DNA of 63,463 nucleotides, filler included, from Stramenopiles sp. TOSAG23-2 (lineage: Eukaryota): NCBI GenBank assembly GCA_900128395.1. It is 16 parts of 16 records of this genome, joined end to end, with 100 filler letters (N's around TTAATTAATTAA, not from the genome) between each part and the next. Parts side by side here need not be neighbours in the genome. Positions count along the whole stretch, not along the records: positions 1 to 4,291 come from LT650935.1; positions 4,392 to 8,681 come from LT650936.1; positions 8,782 to 13,070 come from LT650937.1; 13 more parts are not named here. One strand, given 5' to 3'. Every line of letters begins with the position of its first letter. Position 1 is the first letter of the stretch. Of the stretch, positions 1-13,170 are shown one piece after another. A program made the position numbers and the translations under genes. The notes under the pieces are model-generated. The model made no database searches. It was not told where the DNA came from and worked only from the letters and a program-made list of their open reading frames with translations.

Positions 1-1851
1 TCCATTCCAAATTTTAATTTTATATTCAGAGTTTGCAGTTACAAATAAATCTTCACTGGAACCAGGTACCCGTGGATGCCACATACATGCTGAAGGGTAT
101 GCGATCTGCTCTGTAACAGTCGTATTACCACGTTTTTGTAGACCATCCAAAACACTTGTATTATCCAAATCGTATTCAACCATAACTTTATCTTCTCCAA
201 TTGACATTAATAATGGTCTACCATCTTGGCTAACACCAAATTCTAATCCAGATATTTTTTTAGAATGACTACGAGATTTACCAATATAAATCCAACCACC
301 ATTTATGCTTGCTAAATCTTCAATTTCATCGTCCCCAGTTGATTCTGATAATAACACTTGTTTATCCGTAGTGTATTTGTAAAGTGCCACGCAACGATCA
401 TCATCTGCTGTTGCCATTAAATCGCCTTCAGCGCTAAAACGTATATTTGTAATTTCTCCTAATGAATTTTTAAAATCACCTAATTTAGTGTCTTCAAAGG
501 TTTGCGCATTAATTAGTTTTAATGAGCCATTTGTATAGCCGATCGCAAGGTATGTGCATGATGGATCAAATACCATAAACTTTGGAGTCGCTTTGTTAAC
601 ATCCAATACTCGTACATTTAAAAGCCGCTTTTCTACGAAATCCCATAAAGCTAACGTACCCACTGTGGTAACGACAGCCATTTGCGATACTTGTGGATGT
701 ACTGCAACACCGGCAATAGGAGCATCAAAACCCTGTGCCAACAAAGTACCACGTCTGCGATCAGCTTTCAATTCTGCAAATACTGCAGCTTCTACCCCAA
801 CTATTAATGCTTTTGATGTTCCAACAATGAAATCTGGCACGGTGAATCCATCTACATCAGTTGCAGGCGGTGCAGGTAAATTAGCAAATGAAACCGATGT
901 AACAGGGCCTGCATCTAAATCTTCAAACCATGCAATAATTCGGAACTGATAATCATAAAATCTTACTGCACCATCATCTCAAGCAAAGACTAAGTACTCA
1001 TCTAGCGCTTTCATATAATTGATACCACCTTTGCCCATAGTTAACATTTTTACAGCTTTTCTATCAGATGGTCTCCCAAAGTTTTCACTTACACCGATTA
1101 AACTACAATCCCATAAGACAATATTACCTTCTTTCGTCGCAGTTACCGCTTGTTTTGTATCGGGTATAAAAATAGACTGTGTGAAGGCACCAGCGTTTGG
1201 AAAATCATGTTTTGATAATGGTGGTGAATAATATTTAAACTTTTTCTCATCCCAATTCCAAAACGTAACACGAGACGCACCATTGGAAACAATCTCTCGT
1301 ACATCACTAGGATTAAAGCGGACGGAAGTTTGAATATCTGCCGTGCCAACATTTTCACGATACAACGGTTCATCCCGTTCAGACGTCCACTCCCACAAAG
1401 CAATTTCTTGTATTCCTACTTCATTTGGAACTGAGATAGTAACAATAAACATAGCATCTGGCGTAATATCCATTGCTAAAATACCGTTTGGATGTGGATT
1501 AAATATTGTTTTAATAGGAGTGCCAGTAATGCTATCCCAAACAACAATGAGCGCATCGGCTCCTGCGTCTGCAGTTGCAATCCAACGTTTGTCTTCCGAT
1601 ACACAACAAGTTGTAATCGGATTACAGTGTCCTTGTAATAACTGTTGTCTACGACTAACATAGTCATATATCACCGCACTGTGTGCACTAACGTAAAATA
1701 TAGCACTACGTGTATCGTCTGATAAATTATGTACACCAGATAATATATCTTTGTTGAAACCGAACGCCCATGATAATTGTAAAGCAGCACTTGGAGGTGC
1801 TGGACTATCTGTTTTCTCTTCCATCTTTGAATTTTCTTGCTCACTTGACAT
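1..1851 (-). CDS. CFAP251: Cilia- and flagella-associated WD40 protein 251 (WDR66), 3'-partial, with one in-frame TGA at 979-981
   Basis: ORF 979..1851 (LSWAFGFNK, QLLQGHCNPIT, WIATADAG) continues in the same frame past the TGA as DDGAVRFYDYQFRIIAWFEDLDAGPVTSVSFA and reads DLFVTANSEYKIKIWNG at the contig edge; these are CFAP251-type WD40 motifs. Confidence 0.85.
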
Positions 1852-2082
1852 TTTAACACGTAAATCTTCTAATAGATGATATGATAGTATTGATTAAAAT
1901 ATAGCAATGAAAAAGAAATAGCACTTATATATATATATATATCGACAATAATTAAACAATTTATTAATGGAATATTTTAAATATCTGATAATATAAAATG
2001 ATAATCTAATGATAATTAATAATATCTCTTCTTTGTATGAATAAACATATATATATTTATATCTCTATTTAGTACATTTAGA

Positions 2083-2096
2083 GTTGCTATAGAAAC
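2083..2096. promoter_or_regulatory. X-box-like imperfect palindrome GTTGCTATAGAAAC upstream of CFAP251
   Basis: 14-bp sequence resembling the RFX site GTTGCCATGGCAAC, about 230 bp upstream of the CFAP251 ATG; single instance. Confidence 0.25.
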
Positions 2097-2421
2097 GGTT
2101 AACTTGGCCTCTCTCTCCGCAAATCCCTGCTAAGGCCTGCTGCATCATAAATAACAGTAATATACCAATCAAAATCTTTATATACAATGGTATGTCTATC
2201 TTGTAAGCCTGCTGTGTGTTCATAGTGCTATTTACATGTATATGCTAATTTATACCTTAATGTTGTGCAACGTTTTGATTTTTGTGTTTTTTCAATAGGA
2301 TTATGGTATAATATGCTACATATTATTCGTGTTTATATTTAACTGTCGTCCGCTATACACACATGTCGTCTTACATCATCATACCTCTTTACGTTCATGA
2401 TTATTATTACGTTCATGATTA

Positions 2422-4249
2422 TTATTCTTTACTAGTATAATAGACAAATCGGCCAAAGATAAATGCATTATCAATTATCTCACCATTTTCTGGATTTAAT
2501 AATGGTATCATACGAAATCCAGGTCTTATATTACGAGTTGCAATTGTATAAATTCCGCAAGTAATTGAATTACGGCTATTGCTACTACCATTGTGTAAAA
2601 TAACTTCAATACGGGCCAGACCAAGATCGGAACCATCTTCCAAAACTTGGAAAGACATTGTATTCGGATCTCTCCACACCCAAGTTGAATAATTAAATTT
2701 CTTTTCGTTATTGGCAAGTGTACTTTCACTTAAGTCGCTTTCTTGTAACATCTCCTCTTGCTCTTGCTCTTCTTCGACAAAATCATCATCATCCTCATTG
2801 TTATCCTCTATAAATTTATGTACTATTTCATCTTCCATCATTTCAATCATATGTTCACTATACATAGATGATGATGATCGAGAGGAAGATCGTGATGATG
2901 ATCTTGAGGAGGACCTAGACCTAAACGACGATCTCGAAGATGATCTTGATGAACGTGTAGATGTAGCAGGAGAGTGCATTGTTGGTGTTGATGCTAAAGA
3001 AGAATAATTACCACCAGCGACTGGAGCTGTTTTTTTATCTATCTTGGTTCTTACACCTGTTGAAGGATTGCATTTATCAATTCTGATATTAATAGAAATT
3101 AAATTGTCAATGTTAATATTTGTTCTTTTTTTCCCTTCATAAATGGAATCGTTACTTAAATTATTATTATTGTTATTATTATTATTCCCACTTCTAGATG
3201 ATCTTCTAGAAGGTGACAACGGGTTGTTTCCAGATTTAAAAGAAAATTTCTTGTCGTAACAAATATGTGGCAAAAAGCAACCATATATTGTAATATCGAA
3301 TATTGCGTGGTTATCATCGTCCCTATTATTATTATCTTTACTACTTTCATTTGTCAACATCATATCCAATGCACCTTTCTCGAAAAAATTTTCATGTATC
3401 CATCTTGGTTTTAACACATAACCACAATTTCCATTATCATGGAATCTAGCATATTGATAACTCATCGCTTTGTCATATGTTTGGTAATTCATTGCTACCA
3501 TTTGTACCCCTACGGCCCACGAGCGCTGTGGGCCAAAATTAGAAGAATCTATTCTCCAATATGCAGGATATACACGCATAATTTGCTTTCCAGTATAATT
3601 TCTGACTTTTTCTTTCCCCTTTGGGTCCTTCAATGCGCGTTTCAATTTTCCTTCATTCCATGAACATGAAATAGGTACCTTAGACAAGGTAAATTTTTCA
3701 ATGGTTTTGTTTTTTACTTTCATATTCTTGATATATACTAATGCTGCTAAATCTTTTGCTGTGGCTTTGACACCTTTACGTTGCCTTTTGATAAATGGAA
3801 TTTGACGCAAATATTTATACGAATTTTCCAAGAACAAGTTAATGGACGAAACTCTATTATTACTATTGCTTGTTGGCAAGAACGTTTTCGTATCTATATT
3901 CATATCTACTTTATTATCATCATCATTATAATTGCCAATAATTCGACTACTATCTGGTTTTGCCATTTTACTATTGTTATTATTATCAATAGTAGCCATT
4001 TCTTCAGACGGAGTAAATTTTTCTTCTTTAACTAAACGTGTTAAGATTGCTTCTGCTTTTTTTTTACTTTCAGTTGCACGTTGTAAAACTTTGACATTTT
4101 TATTAGCATTTAATGAATTTTCTATTTGTATTTTTGGTAATGCCCTTAATTTATGCCTTATCAATATTTTACCAATCAATTCAATAGGTGTACGAAACCA
4201 TCCTTGACGATAAATATTATTATCTAAATCATTCATAACATTATTGGTA

Positions 4250-4281
<32 letters not shown>

Positions 4282-4290
4282 GTAATCAAC
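2422..4290 (-). CDS. Phosphoinositide-specific phospholipase C, C-terminal part (PLC-Y domain plus insert-rich C2 domain), 5'-partial
   Basis: DLAALVY, SWNE, RVYP.YWRIDSSNF.P..SWAVGVQMVAMNYQT.D..M...ARF.DNGNCGYVLKP, and terminal IRPGFRMIPL; frame open to the contig edge. Confidence 0.9.
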
Positions 4291-4291
4291 A

Positions 4292-4391
4292 NNNNNNNNN
4301 NNNNNNNNNNNNNNNNNNNNNNNNNNNNNNNNNNNTTAATTAATTAANNNNNNNNNNNNNNNNNNNNNNNNNNNNNNNNNNNNNNNNNNNN
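4292..4391. other. Artificial contig-joining linker (N44-TTAATTAATTAA-N44), one of 15
   Basis: Identical 100-nt linkers also start at about 8682, 13071, 17453, 21826, 26195, 30563, 34931, 39297, 43652, 48002, 52351, 56688, 61024 and 62244; the core gives stops in all six frames; contigs decrease in length (4291, 4290, 4289, 4282 ... 4236, 1120, 1120). Confidence 0.98.
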
Positions 4392-7262
4392 TCTTTCCAT
4401 GAGATAGTTTCCGCAACGATATGGAATTACGCCAAAATTTTGCAAACAAATCTGCACCGTGAACCATCCTTTGTAACACCATGATTTCTTTATACGCCTC
4501 AAAGGCATAATGCAAGGAAGATTTGCCATTATAATCGCTATTATTAACCCTCGCACCCCATTTTAACAACACTGTAACAGAGCTTAAAGAACAGCTAGAT
4601 TTTGCAGCTAACATCAGTGGTGTTTGTCCAAGATTATTCATTGCAGTGACTGCAGCATCCATTTCAATCAAAGCTTCAATCATATTCACATGCCCCAATT
4701 TGGCAGCATAATGTAAAGGTGTATTTCCAGTATCATCTTTGGTACCAACATACTTTGTTGTCCTTAACAACAATTGTAATATTTCAACATGTTGATCCCT
4801 CATACCGCAAACAATGTGCGCGACAGTTGCACCCTTATTAAATCCTAATTTTCTTAAATGGATACGACCAAATACACGCATTAAGGAAGTATCATAATTC
4901 ATTAATCGTTCTACAACATCGCGGTGCCCATTATAACATGCTAACATCAAAGCCGTTATTCCATCATAGCTTTGAAGACTTGTTTCTACATCTTGTAGCA
5001 ACACTGCATTATCTTGTATTGGATCATTTAAAGTACCTATTTCATGCTCCATCCAACCTTGTTTGTAATCTAGCAACCAATCGACAACATCGACATCTCC
5101 CCAAACAGCAGCATGCATTAACGGTGTCCATCCATTTGCATCTCGGCAATTCGGTGAAGCAATTTTAACTAAAAATCCATGCCTATCTCGAAATGTTTGT
5201 GTTAAGATGGTTTCGATTATCTTCTTCTTGCGTTTGATAATAGTATATATCAGCGCATTCATCATTTGAGGGCCAAATACACGAGATTGTACTCCTTTTG
5301 GCGCGAATACATGGTCGTTGGGCACATTCGTAAAAATAGGTATATCAATGTATCTCCAACCTATTCTACCAGATTTAGATTTTTTAGAGAATTCTGTTGC
5401 TTTTGTCACTAATTTATATGGATCTAATTCAAGAGCCCAATGTTCCATAATTTTTCTTGCATGCTCGGTCGAATCTGAAATATTTGTTTCGTTGCACACT
5501 TGTATAAAATGATGACCCATAGTGCGTGCTAATGGAATCAAATCTTTGTTACGTAAATATGGAAGTAATGGATCTTTTTTTAACATTTCATCTGTTTGTT
5601 TTTTAAGGAACGTTTTGCCACGTCTCTGCTTGTTTTTTATAAATCCGGATGAAACTTTTACCACTTTTTGTTCCATTTGTGGTTGAGAAATACCAATACC
5701 TGGCTTATTTACAGGTTCATTAGTAGAAAAAAATCCAACAACAGCTGATAATATGCCCCCGCTGCTATGTTTTCTCTGTCTTTCTTCTTCTTTATTTGAA
5801 GCAACAGAACCATCTTCTTCCAATTTTTCCTTCTTCATCAAACGCTTTTTTTCTTTCTTTACAACATCTTTATACTCTATTAATTTTCTCATTTTTTTAT
5901 ACAATGTTTCAAAATACTCTACAGGTGGAACAGCATTACCATGTAAATATGACATTAAATATTTCCGTAAATGTAACATCTTTTTCTCATCATCAAGCAC
6001 TATAATATCATTTTTTACATCATCCCATTCAATATAACGACATAAAAATTTCCCAGTGAGATCGTATTCACATTCTTTCAAATCAATAAGTATGTCTACA
6101 TTATCTTCATCATCATCTTCATCATCGATTCCATTTTTTTTCTCCAAATTTTCTAAATTTTTCCGTATTTCTTCATTACTGAGGCCATCTCCATCTTGCA
6201 TGGACACTTCATCGGTAATATCTATTGATACACTAGGCTTGTAACGTCTTTGATGCCGTTTCAATGCATTTAATAGAAAATGTGCATACGTAAATGGTTG
6301 TCTTTTTTTATTTACATCTTTTGCAAAAATACACTTTAATTGGTGCAACATCCACATAGACAATGGAATTCTCCCATGGTATTTTGAAATTAATGGATTT
6401 AAATGCTCCAAGTGCATGTTTCTAATAGAATCATACGTTGCACCTTCCTTTAACGCTTTTATCATTGTTGTTAAAATTGCGGTTTGTGTCATAGAACATG
6501 CATTTCCTATTGCTAAACCACAATGTACATCGTTTTCGATACCTGCAGGATCATATGTTCTTTCTCCTGGTATTAAAATTTGATACCGTTTACAACTATC
6601 ACATGTTTTCTCTTGACCTTTTTTATCTACGATGTTGTCATCGTCATCGTCGTCACCGTCCTTGTCATCTTCATCGCTATCATCATTGCTATCGTGATCA
6701 TCATCTTCCTCATCATCCACATTATTTGTTATATGTTTTTTCTCATCTTCAATATATCTAAATTCAACATTGTAATAACCAATATAGTTAATGCCTTCAT
6801 ATGTTCTTGGAACACGTACAAATTCACAAATATCAGGTTTTCTTATTACATCCAATGGTATTATAGATTGAACACGTACTGTAGATTCAACATCTTCATG
6901 ATAAGCCACTCCGGATTCTAAAAAATCAAATTTCAAAATTCGTTTCGTTTCATCAACTTGTTTTCCCTCTATCACTTTACCTTCATTTATACTATCAATA
7001 ATTTTACTTTTCACGATATTATATAAATTTGGAACTTTGTTTTTCAATTTTAGTGCCATATCGATTTCCTCGTAAGAAATTGGATCCATTGATTCAACAA
7101 TATCATCTTCATTTTCTAACTCATTATCATCATCATCTTTTTCTAAGTCTTCATCATCATTATTATCAGAAATATTTTCATCAGCTAAAAAATTTACATC
7201 ATTAGTATCTACTACAATTCTCACTTCATCATCCGTTTCGACATTTTCCTTTTTAGTCTTCA

Positions 7263-7296
<34 letters not shown>

Positions 7297-7614
7297 TTCT
7301 GGAAGGTTTTTATTTTCATGACTACTAGAATCTTCTTCATTTTGTTGTGGTTGTTCTTCCTTTTCTTCATCTATGGTGATGGAATCTTCCTCATTTGCAT
7401 CACCATCGATGGTTGGAAGATCTGGTGTTTTAGACGATACGGTTGGGTTAAAGATATCAGCAACAGACGAATGGTTTTCAATGACGTCTGTATCCAATTT
7501 ATTTTTACTATTACTATTTATATCTTCATTATTATCTTCTTCATTTTTATTATTATTATGATCTTTTTTATTATTATCATTATCCGTCTTCTTCTTCTTA
7601 TTATTACTATCCAT
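4392..7614 (-). CDS. Large ankyrin-repeat protein with acidic/Asn-rich N-terminus, 3'-partial
   Basis: Repeats GWTPLMHAAVWG, GITALMLACYNGH, GNTPLHYAAKLGH, GQTPLMLAAK, GKSSLHYA; runs into the linker. Confidence 0.85.
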
Positions 7615-8042
7615 TTGTATTTTTATTCTCCAATTTATTTAATTATTAATCCAATCTACTAGTCTAATACATTTAGGTAAGTGTAAATATATATATATAT
7701 ATTACAATCGATCATTTGTATGAATACACCTTATCTATATACAGTATACATAAACTACTTTTACATAAATTAGATAAATATCTATAATAAATAAATAACG
7801 ACGACGGACGATATTTGTAACAAAATCCAAGCAAAAAAATAGGATGTCCAACCAAACAATAGGATACACCAAACAGATGTAGGTTCATATTATTTTTAAT
7901 ATAATTTGAAAAATTGCTTAATATCTATTATATATATAAATATTATATTATAAAAAAAAAGAAAAGTTCAATATGTAAATAGAATTATGTCTTTTACATA
8001 TATGATTATTGTTGTACTCTTCAATGTATACATATATACACT

Positions 8043-8681
8043 CTAGCTTGAAAAAAGCTTTTTAGCTTTTTCAATATCTTTCTTTCTTGTCAATTTTTTT
8101 AACTTTGTGTGTGTTTTTTTATAAAAATTGATACCCTCAACAGCTCTATCTGTGTTAAATACGCAAACAGTTTGGTCATAACTGGCGGCTGCCAAAGCCT
8201 TTTTCCCCGAATCAAAACATAAATTCCCATTGTGGCCATTTAAATATTTGTTGAAAATTTTTGTATTTTTTTCCAGTTCCTTGGCTTTTTTTTGTCTCTT
8301 ATTCGCATCGTCGTTCCTCTTGCGTTCACGTTGTTTTTCTCTTCGGCCAGGCGTTTTGTAATATTCATTTTGCCTTTCACGTTGTTTTTCTTTTCGGCCA
8401 GGCGTATTTCTATAATCCTTTTGGTATTCTCGTTGTTTTTCTCTCTTGCCAGGCCTTTTTCTATAATCCTTTTCGTATTCTCGTTGTTTTGCTTTAATTT
8501 CTTCACGAAATTCTGAATCTGTCGCATACTTTAAACGACGCCTACGATTTTTCTCAAGCCTTTTTTCCTCCTTGGTTAAACCAGTACGGAAATTTACATT
8601 TACTACCCTCATTTCTTGCAAACTCGTTTTATTTTCCGAGCAAAACCATAGCAATAGCATCAATGCCCAAACATCATATAA
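8043..8681 (-). CDS. Hypothetical basic protein with 17-aa tandem repeats, probably 5'-partial
   Basis: About 3.5 copies of KQRE..kdY.k.PG.RE (51-bp unit, about 8320-8490); no family recognised. Confidence 0.5.
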   Translation of the reverse strand, partial: LYDVWALMLLLWFCSENKTSLQEMRVVNVNFRTGLTKEEKRLEKNRRRRLKYATDSEFREEIKAKQREYEKDYRKRPGKREKQREYQKDYRNTPGRKEKQRERQNEYYKTPGRREKQRERKRNDDANKRQKKAKELEKNTKIFNKYLNGHNGNLCFDSGKKALAAASYDQTVCVFNTDRAVEGINFYKKTHTKLKKLTRKKDIEKAKKLFSS

Positions 8682-8783
8682 NNNNNNNNNNNNNNNNNNN
8701 NNNNNNNNNNNNNNNNNNNNNNNNNTTAATTAATTAANNNNNNNNNNNNNNNNNNNNNNNNNNNNNNNNNNNNNNNNNNNNTT

Positions 8784-11108
8784 AACAATACATATGAACA
8801 ATTAGAAGCGGATCCACCAGATATTAACATTTTGCCAGAATATGACAATGATCCACGAACTGTTGATAAATTGCTAGATGGGCATAATCATACGTGTGAT
8901 GATATGCACGCATGGCTTGCACCTTTTCGTAAAGGTGGCGATCATTTCATTTATCTTGCATTTGACGATGTGACAACAATATCTATGATGCGATTTTGGA
9001 ATTATAACAAATCACGAATACATTCATATAGAGGTGCTAGATATGTTGAGATTAAATTAGATAATCGTTATATTTTTAAAGGTGAAATACAGCGAGCCCC
9101 AGGTGCAATGCTCGGTTCAAGCGTTTGCGCGGAATGTATATTGTTTACTATGGATGAGAATGTTTTACGCATCATAGAAAGATACGATAAACATCCAGAG
9201 CATAGTATGGCTATGCAAAGAGATGATTTTGAAATGGATCTGGAATCGCAATGGCGTAATGGATGGGGTGGTGGGGAAGGAAATAAACAAAGACCCAAAT
9301 CAGTTGAACGTCCTCGAACAGCTGGAGTTAGTTTAGGATTGATTGATAAGGAAGGTGGCGAAGGCAGGGACGATTCTAGCAGTGAAGATGAAGATAGTAA
9401 TGCAAATGCTCAAGTTCAAAATGCAGTTGGGACAGATGGCAGGCCTTTAACATCAGCTGGTGCAAGACAACGTCATCGACTACGAAATAAAAAAAAAGGC
9501 AAAAATGGTAAATTAATCAATAATAAGAAACTTCAGAGTAACAATCGTAATTCTAATAATATGACCAATGGTGGTGGTGGTGGATTATCCATTGTATCGC
9601 AAGCAAAGCCTTTGTCCAAACGACCAAAGAAGAAAAAACGCCCGATGACAGCACCATTACGTGGCAGTTCTACTAAACCAGTAATAGGACAAGTGTTGGA
9701 AATGTCAGTAGGAATGTCTTGGGGCAATGTCGATACGGTTGGTATGACATCGTTGAAAATATTAGATGCAAATTTTAAACCATTAGAAATACGACCATCT
9801 ATGATATCTTGCACCCCAAATGATAATGGAACGCCTGTCCATAGATTGATTGATGGCGTTGATAACACTGAGGATGAAAATCATATGTGGCTTGCCCCAT
9901 GCCGTCCATATGCACAACAATATATGTTGCGTATTGATTTTGGAAGTCAGGTAGGGTTGACTGGGTTGAAAATATGGAATTATAATGCAAGCTTAGATGA
10001 TTCGTTCATGGGCGTAAAACGCTTAGTTGTAAATTTGGATGGACAAATGCTATCTCCACCACACGGATTTTTAATACGCAAGGCACCTGGTGACGTCAAG
10101 TCAATTAATGATTTTGGACAATTTGTAGCATTAAATAGACGAGAGGAATCGAATAATGGCAATGGAAAGGGTGGTGGTACTAATGCAAATTCGACCATTG
10201 CTGCTGCAGCAAGGGCAAGTGCAAAACGTCGTGCCAATCAATCAGCAAACAATAACAATCAAAATAATAATTCATATGGGAATGATTATAATATGAATAA
10301 CACAAATAATGGAGATGAATACGGTTTAAATCGTACTATGAGTTCACTAAGTTTAGGTTTGGCACCAGTAATGGAAAGGAAAGTAACTCAACAATACGAG
10401 ACGCCGACACTTCCATGTGGATGTATTTTTAAATTTGTTTTATTAAGTACCCATGGTGATCCTCATTATATTGGATTGAATGGTTTAGAATTGTACGATG
10501 GAGATAATAATTTGATTGAATTAGATGAAACAAATGTGGAAGCATCTCCAAAGGATATTAATGCATTACCATTTGTTGAAAATTCAGGTGTTAAAGATGT
10601 TCGTACGTTAGACAAATTGTATGACGGTGTCAATGAATCTTTTGAAGATGAGCATATGTGGCTTGCACCATATACATCAAAAAGTTCGCAAGTGAACTCT
10701 ATTTTTGTCTATTTAGATGAACCACTAATTTTATCTAAAATAAAACTTTGGAATTACTCTAAAACCCCATCGCGTGGTGTAAATGAAATCGAAGTTTTAA
10801 TAGATGATGTATTAGTATATCGTGGAAGTTTAAGAAAATCAAAATCAAAGATTGAAGTGGCAAATCAATCATCATATCTCAACGACGATAACAACTTTCG
10901 TCGTCAAGAGGATGAAATTGGTAATTGTAGCGCAATTTTATTTACGGATTCCGATGCAATTATTGAATCTGAGATTGAACACGTTTACAATCCATCAGAT
11001 GAAAATGAAGGCCATTGTGTTTTTATGGATAGTGGAAATGTAATAAACCAACCTCAAATTAATAGAGGAGAATCTAGACCAACGACGAGTACTGGTAGGC
11101 GAAGATAA
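8784..11108 (+). CDS. KATNIP: Katanin-interacting protein KIAA0556 (DUF4457 repeats), 5'-partial
   Basis: Three repeats of the pattern D(K/R)L.DG.N.T.D..H.WLAP / (R/K).WNYN.S / G...VEI..D, plus [20 protein letters not shown]; frame open from the contig edge. Confidence 0.9.
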   Translation, partial: NNTYEQLEADPPDINILPEYDNDPRTVDKLLDGHNHTCDDMHAWLAPFRKGGDHFIYLAFDDVTTISMMRFWNYNKSRIHSYRGARYVEIKLDNRYIFKGEIQRAPGAMLGSSVCAECILFTMDENVLRIIERYDKHPEHSMAMQRDDFEMDLESQWRNGWGGGEGNKQRPKSVERPRTAGVSLGLIDKEGGEGRDDSSSEDEDSNANAQVQNAVGTDGRPLTSAGARQRHRLRNKKKGKNGKLINNKKLQSNNRNSNNMTNGGGGGLSIVSQAKPLSKRPKKKKRPMTAPLRGSSTKPVIGQVLEMSVGMSWGNVDTVGMTSLKILDANFKPLEIRPSMISCTPNDNGTPVHRLIDGVDNTEDENHMWLAPCRPYAQQYMLRIDFGSQVGLTGLKIWNYNASLDDSFMGVKRLVVNLDGQMLSPPHGFLIRKAPGDVKSINDFGQFVALNRREESNNGNGKGGGTNANSTIAAAARASAKRRANQSANNNNQNNNSYGNDYNMNNTNNGDEYGLNRTMSSLSLGLAPVMERKVTQQYETPTLPCGCIFKFVLLSTHGDPHYIGLNGLELYDGDNNLIELDETNVEASPKDINALPFVENSGVKDVRTLDKLYDGVNESFEDEHMWLAPYTSKSSQVNSIFVYLDEPLILSKIKLWNYSKTPSRGVNEIEVLIDDVLVYRGSLRKSKSKIEVANQSSYLNDDNNFRRQEDEIGNCSAILFTDSDAIIESEIEHVYNPSDENEGHCVFMDSGNVINQPQINRGESRPTTSTGRRR

Positions 11109-11393
11109 AACATTATTTATAAATAATATATTATATATAAAAAATTCTCTTATTCATAAGTTTAAAGATTTTATTTTACTCATAATGTTATACGTATTCA
11201 CTATATACATGTGTAGTTACCAGAAATAATTAATACTATTACCTAAACAGTATATATGATTTTAGTACGAAGTATGATATACCGATATGTCATGTCTTCG
11301 TACATAGTATGATAAGAGAAAATAATATCATACGAATATACACATCCTTTTAGTCTATATATTTCATACGATTGTATTAAACACACAAACTTT

Positions 11394-12836
11394 TTACACA
11401 TCATCACTATTTAACTTTACAATCCATATATCTTCCTTGTTATTACTAGCTGCAATATATAAGCCTTGATGATCTTCAGGCGCTGGTTGTACAACTTGTA
11501 AAACTTGAGGGTATGATACGCCATAGTTCACATTATGGTTAAACAATGGTTTGCAACTCGAAGATGCATCTCCCCTTGGTAAATCATGGCATGTTAAAGC
11601 AACGCCAATTTTATTAAAATGTGCACCTCCATCATTACTAGTTGAGATGCATAATGGATCACGATGCAATGTTTTTTCATCACGTACCACTGGATTGAAA
11701 GCTAAATACACTTTCCCATCATTTAAAGTTCCAGCATTTAAATTTGTATTATCATTTGGTATATTTGTTTCATATAGTTCACTCCAATCATTTTGATTAT
11801 AACTATTGTTTAATCGTATAGATGCATATAATATATGTTTCGTATTTTCAGACCTATATAAAAGCACATCACCTATATTATTATCACCACTGTTGTATTT
11901 AATGTTGGTATTTTTATACATGTAATTAGCATAACTGTTAAAATTGAATTTATAATGAGCACGTTCATTCGTTATTTTTAAATCAAATGGAATTGTATCA
12001 TACAACATACAACCACCTTTACACCATTCGCATTTCATTGATCCAGATTCAAAGGTATTACATGGGGGGTTCATATTATTCGACTTTAAGATATCTTTCA
12101 AATCTTCATATGTAGTTTCATCCATATTTTTGGTGAATGTTTGTATATCAAACGTTTTAGTTTGAATTGAAAAGATTTCTGGTGCATCATATGAGCCCCA
12201 AAACATTGGACCAAGCGTAAAGTTTGAATATATCCTTCGCAAAAGTAAAGTGTGTTTATATTCAACTGCATAAGATGCAGCCGGCCCGCAATTTCTTGGA
12301 TCAATTGAATCCGGCCACAGTTGACATTGAGCACCTTGGGCTACATGCAAATCTTTTAATGTATAATTAATAAATGCCGGAGAGGCAGTTGCATATACAT
12401 GGCCATTAATTTGTATCGATGGTGATGGTTCTAATGAACACGGTACGTTTCCAATAGTTAAATTTGGAAATAAAACACGAGCTTTTGTATAGACATGTGG
12501 TGTTTTTGATGCAGAAAATAAAATTCTTTGACCATTTGAATCTTCTTGTAATATACCATTTTTCCAATATACATAAAATCCAACGTGTATATCATAATTA
12601 AACATAACATTGTGATTGTATTTTCCTATTTTTTCACTACCATATGCAATATTGATTGGAGGAAATTCTTGTTTTATTCGTGTGTAACCTCCTAATGGCT
12701 TGGAAGAATTTGGCAACTTTGCAGTGAATTTGGGCAAAAATGATGATGGTGCAGTTGTTATTCCTGATGACGCAAATACTTTCCCCAGTAATAGAATTCC
12801 AAAGAGAATTGCTGTTGTTAAATATGATAGTATCAT
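11394..12836 (-). CDS. Secreted BNR/Asp-box (sialidase-like beta-propeller) protein
   Basis: N-terminal signal peptide; TNIPNDNTNLNAGTLNDGKVYL, RDPLCISTSNDGGAHF (Asp-box), SYPQ, SNNKEDIW. Confidence 0.7.
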   Translation of the reverse strand: MILSYLTTAILFGILLLGKVFASSGITTAPSSFLPKFTAKLPNSSKPLGGYTRIKQEFPPINIAYGSEKIGKYNHNVMFNYDIHVGFYVYWKNGILQEDSNGQRILFSASKTPHVYTKARVLFPNLTIGNVPCSLEPSPSIQINGHVYATASPAFINYTLKDLHVAQGAQCQLWPDSIDPRNCGPAASYAVEYKHTLLLRRIYSNFTLGPMFWGSYDAPEIFSIQTKTFDIQTFTKNMDETTYEDLKDILKSNNMNPPCNTFESGSMKCEWCKGGCMLYDTIPFDLKITNERAHYKFNFNSYANYMYKNTNIKYNSGDNNIGDVLLYRSENTKHILYASIRLNNSYNQNDWSELYETNIPNDNTNLNAGTLNDGKVYLAFNPVVRDEKTLHRDPLCISTSNDGGAHFNKIGVALTCHDLPRGDASSSCKPLFNHNVNYGVSYPQVLQVVQPAPEDHQGLYIAASNNKEDIWIVKLNSDDV

Positions 12837-13170
12837 TGTCCAGGTTTTAATATATTATGCATTCGTCGTCGTCGTTGTTATTTTATGAATTTAAGCAATA
12901 CAATTGTTCACATACACTTATGTGTATGAAAATGATATTATATATATTATTATTATTACGGGTGGCACGGTGGTGAAATTCGGCCACAGCAGTCGGAGGT
13001 CGGAGGAGGTGGTCTAGGTCTACACGGTGCCCTCGTCTATTTCGTGCACTTCACTCTTGAGGAGCGAAGCNNNNNNNNNNNNNNNNNNNNNNNNNNNNNN
13101 NNNNNNNNNNNNNNTTAATTAATTAANNNNNNNNNNNNNNNNNNNNNNNNNNNNNNNNNNNNNNNNNNNN

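Noticed and set aside
979-981. Genome-wide TGA reassignment
   Set aside because: Several genes end in TGA at sensible C-termini, and Trp is encoded by TGG throughout
4336-4347. Recurrent TTAATTAATTAA as a biological motif
   Set aside because: Always embedded in N runs of fixed length; synthetic six-frame stop spacer
2422-7614. Ankyrin ORF and PLC ORF as one ankyrin-PLC gene across the linker
   Set aside because: Adjacency comes from length sorting; no linkage evidence
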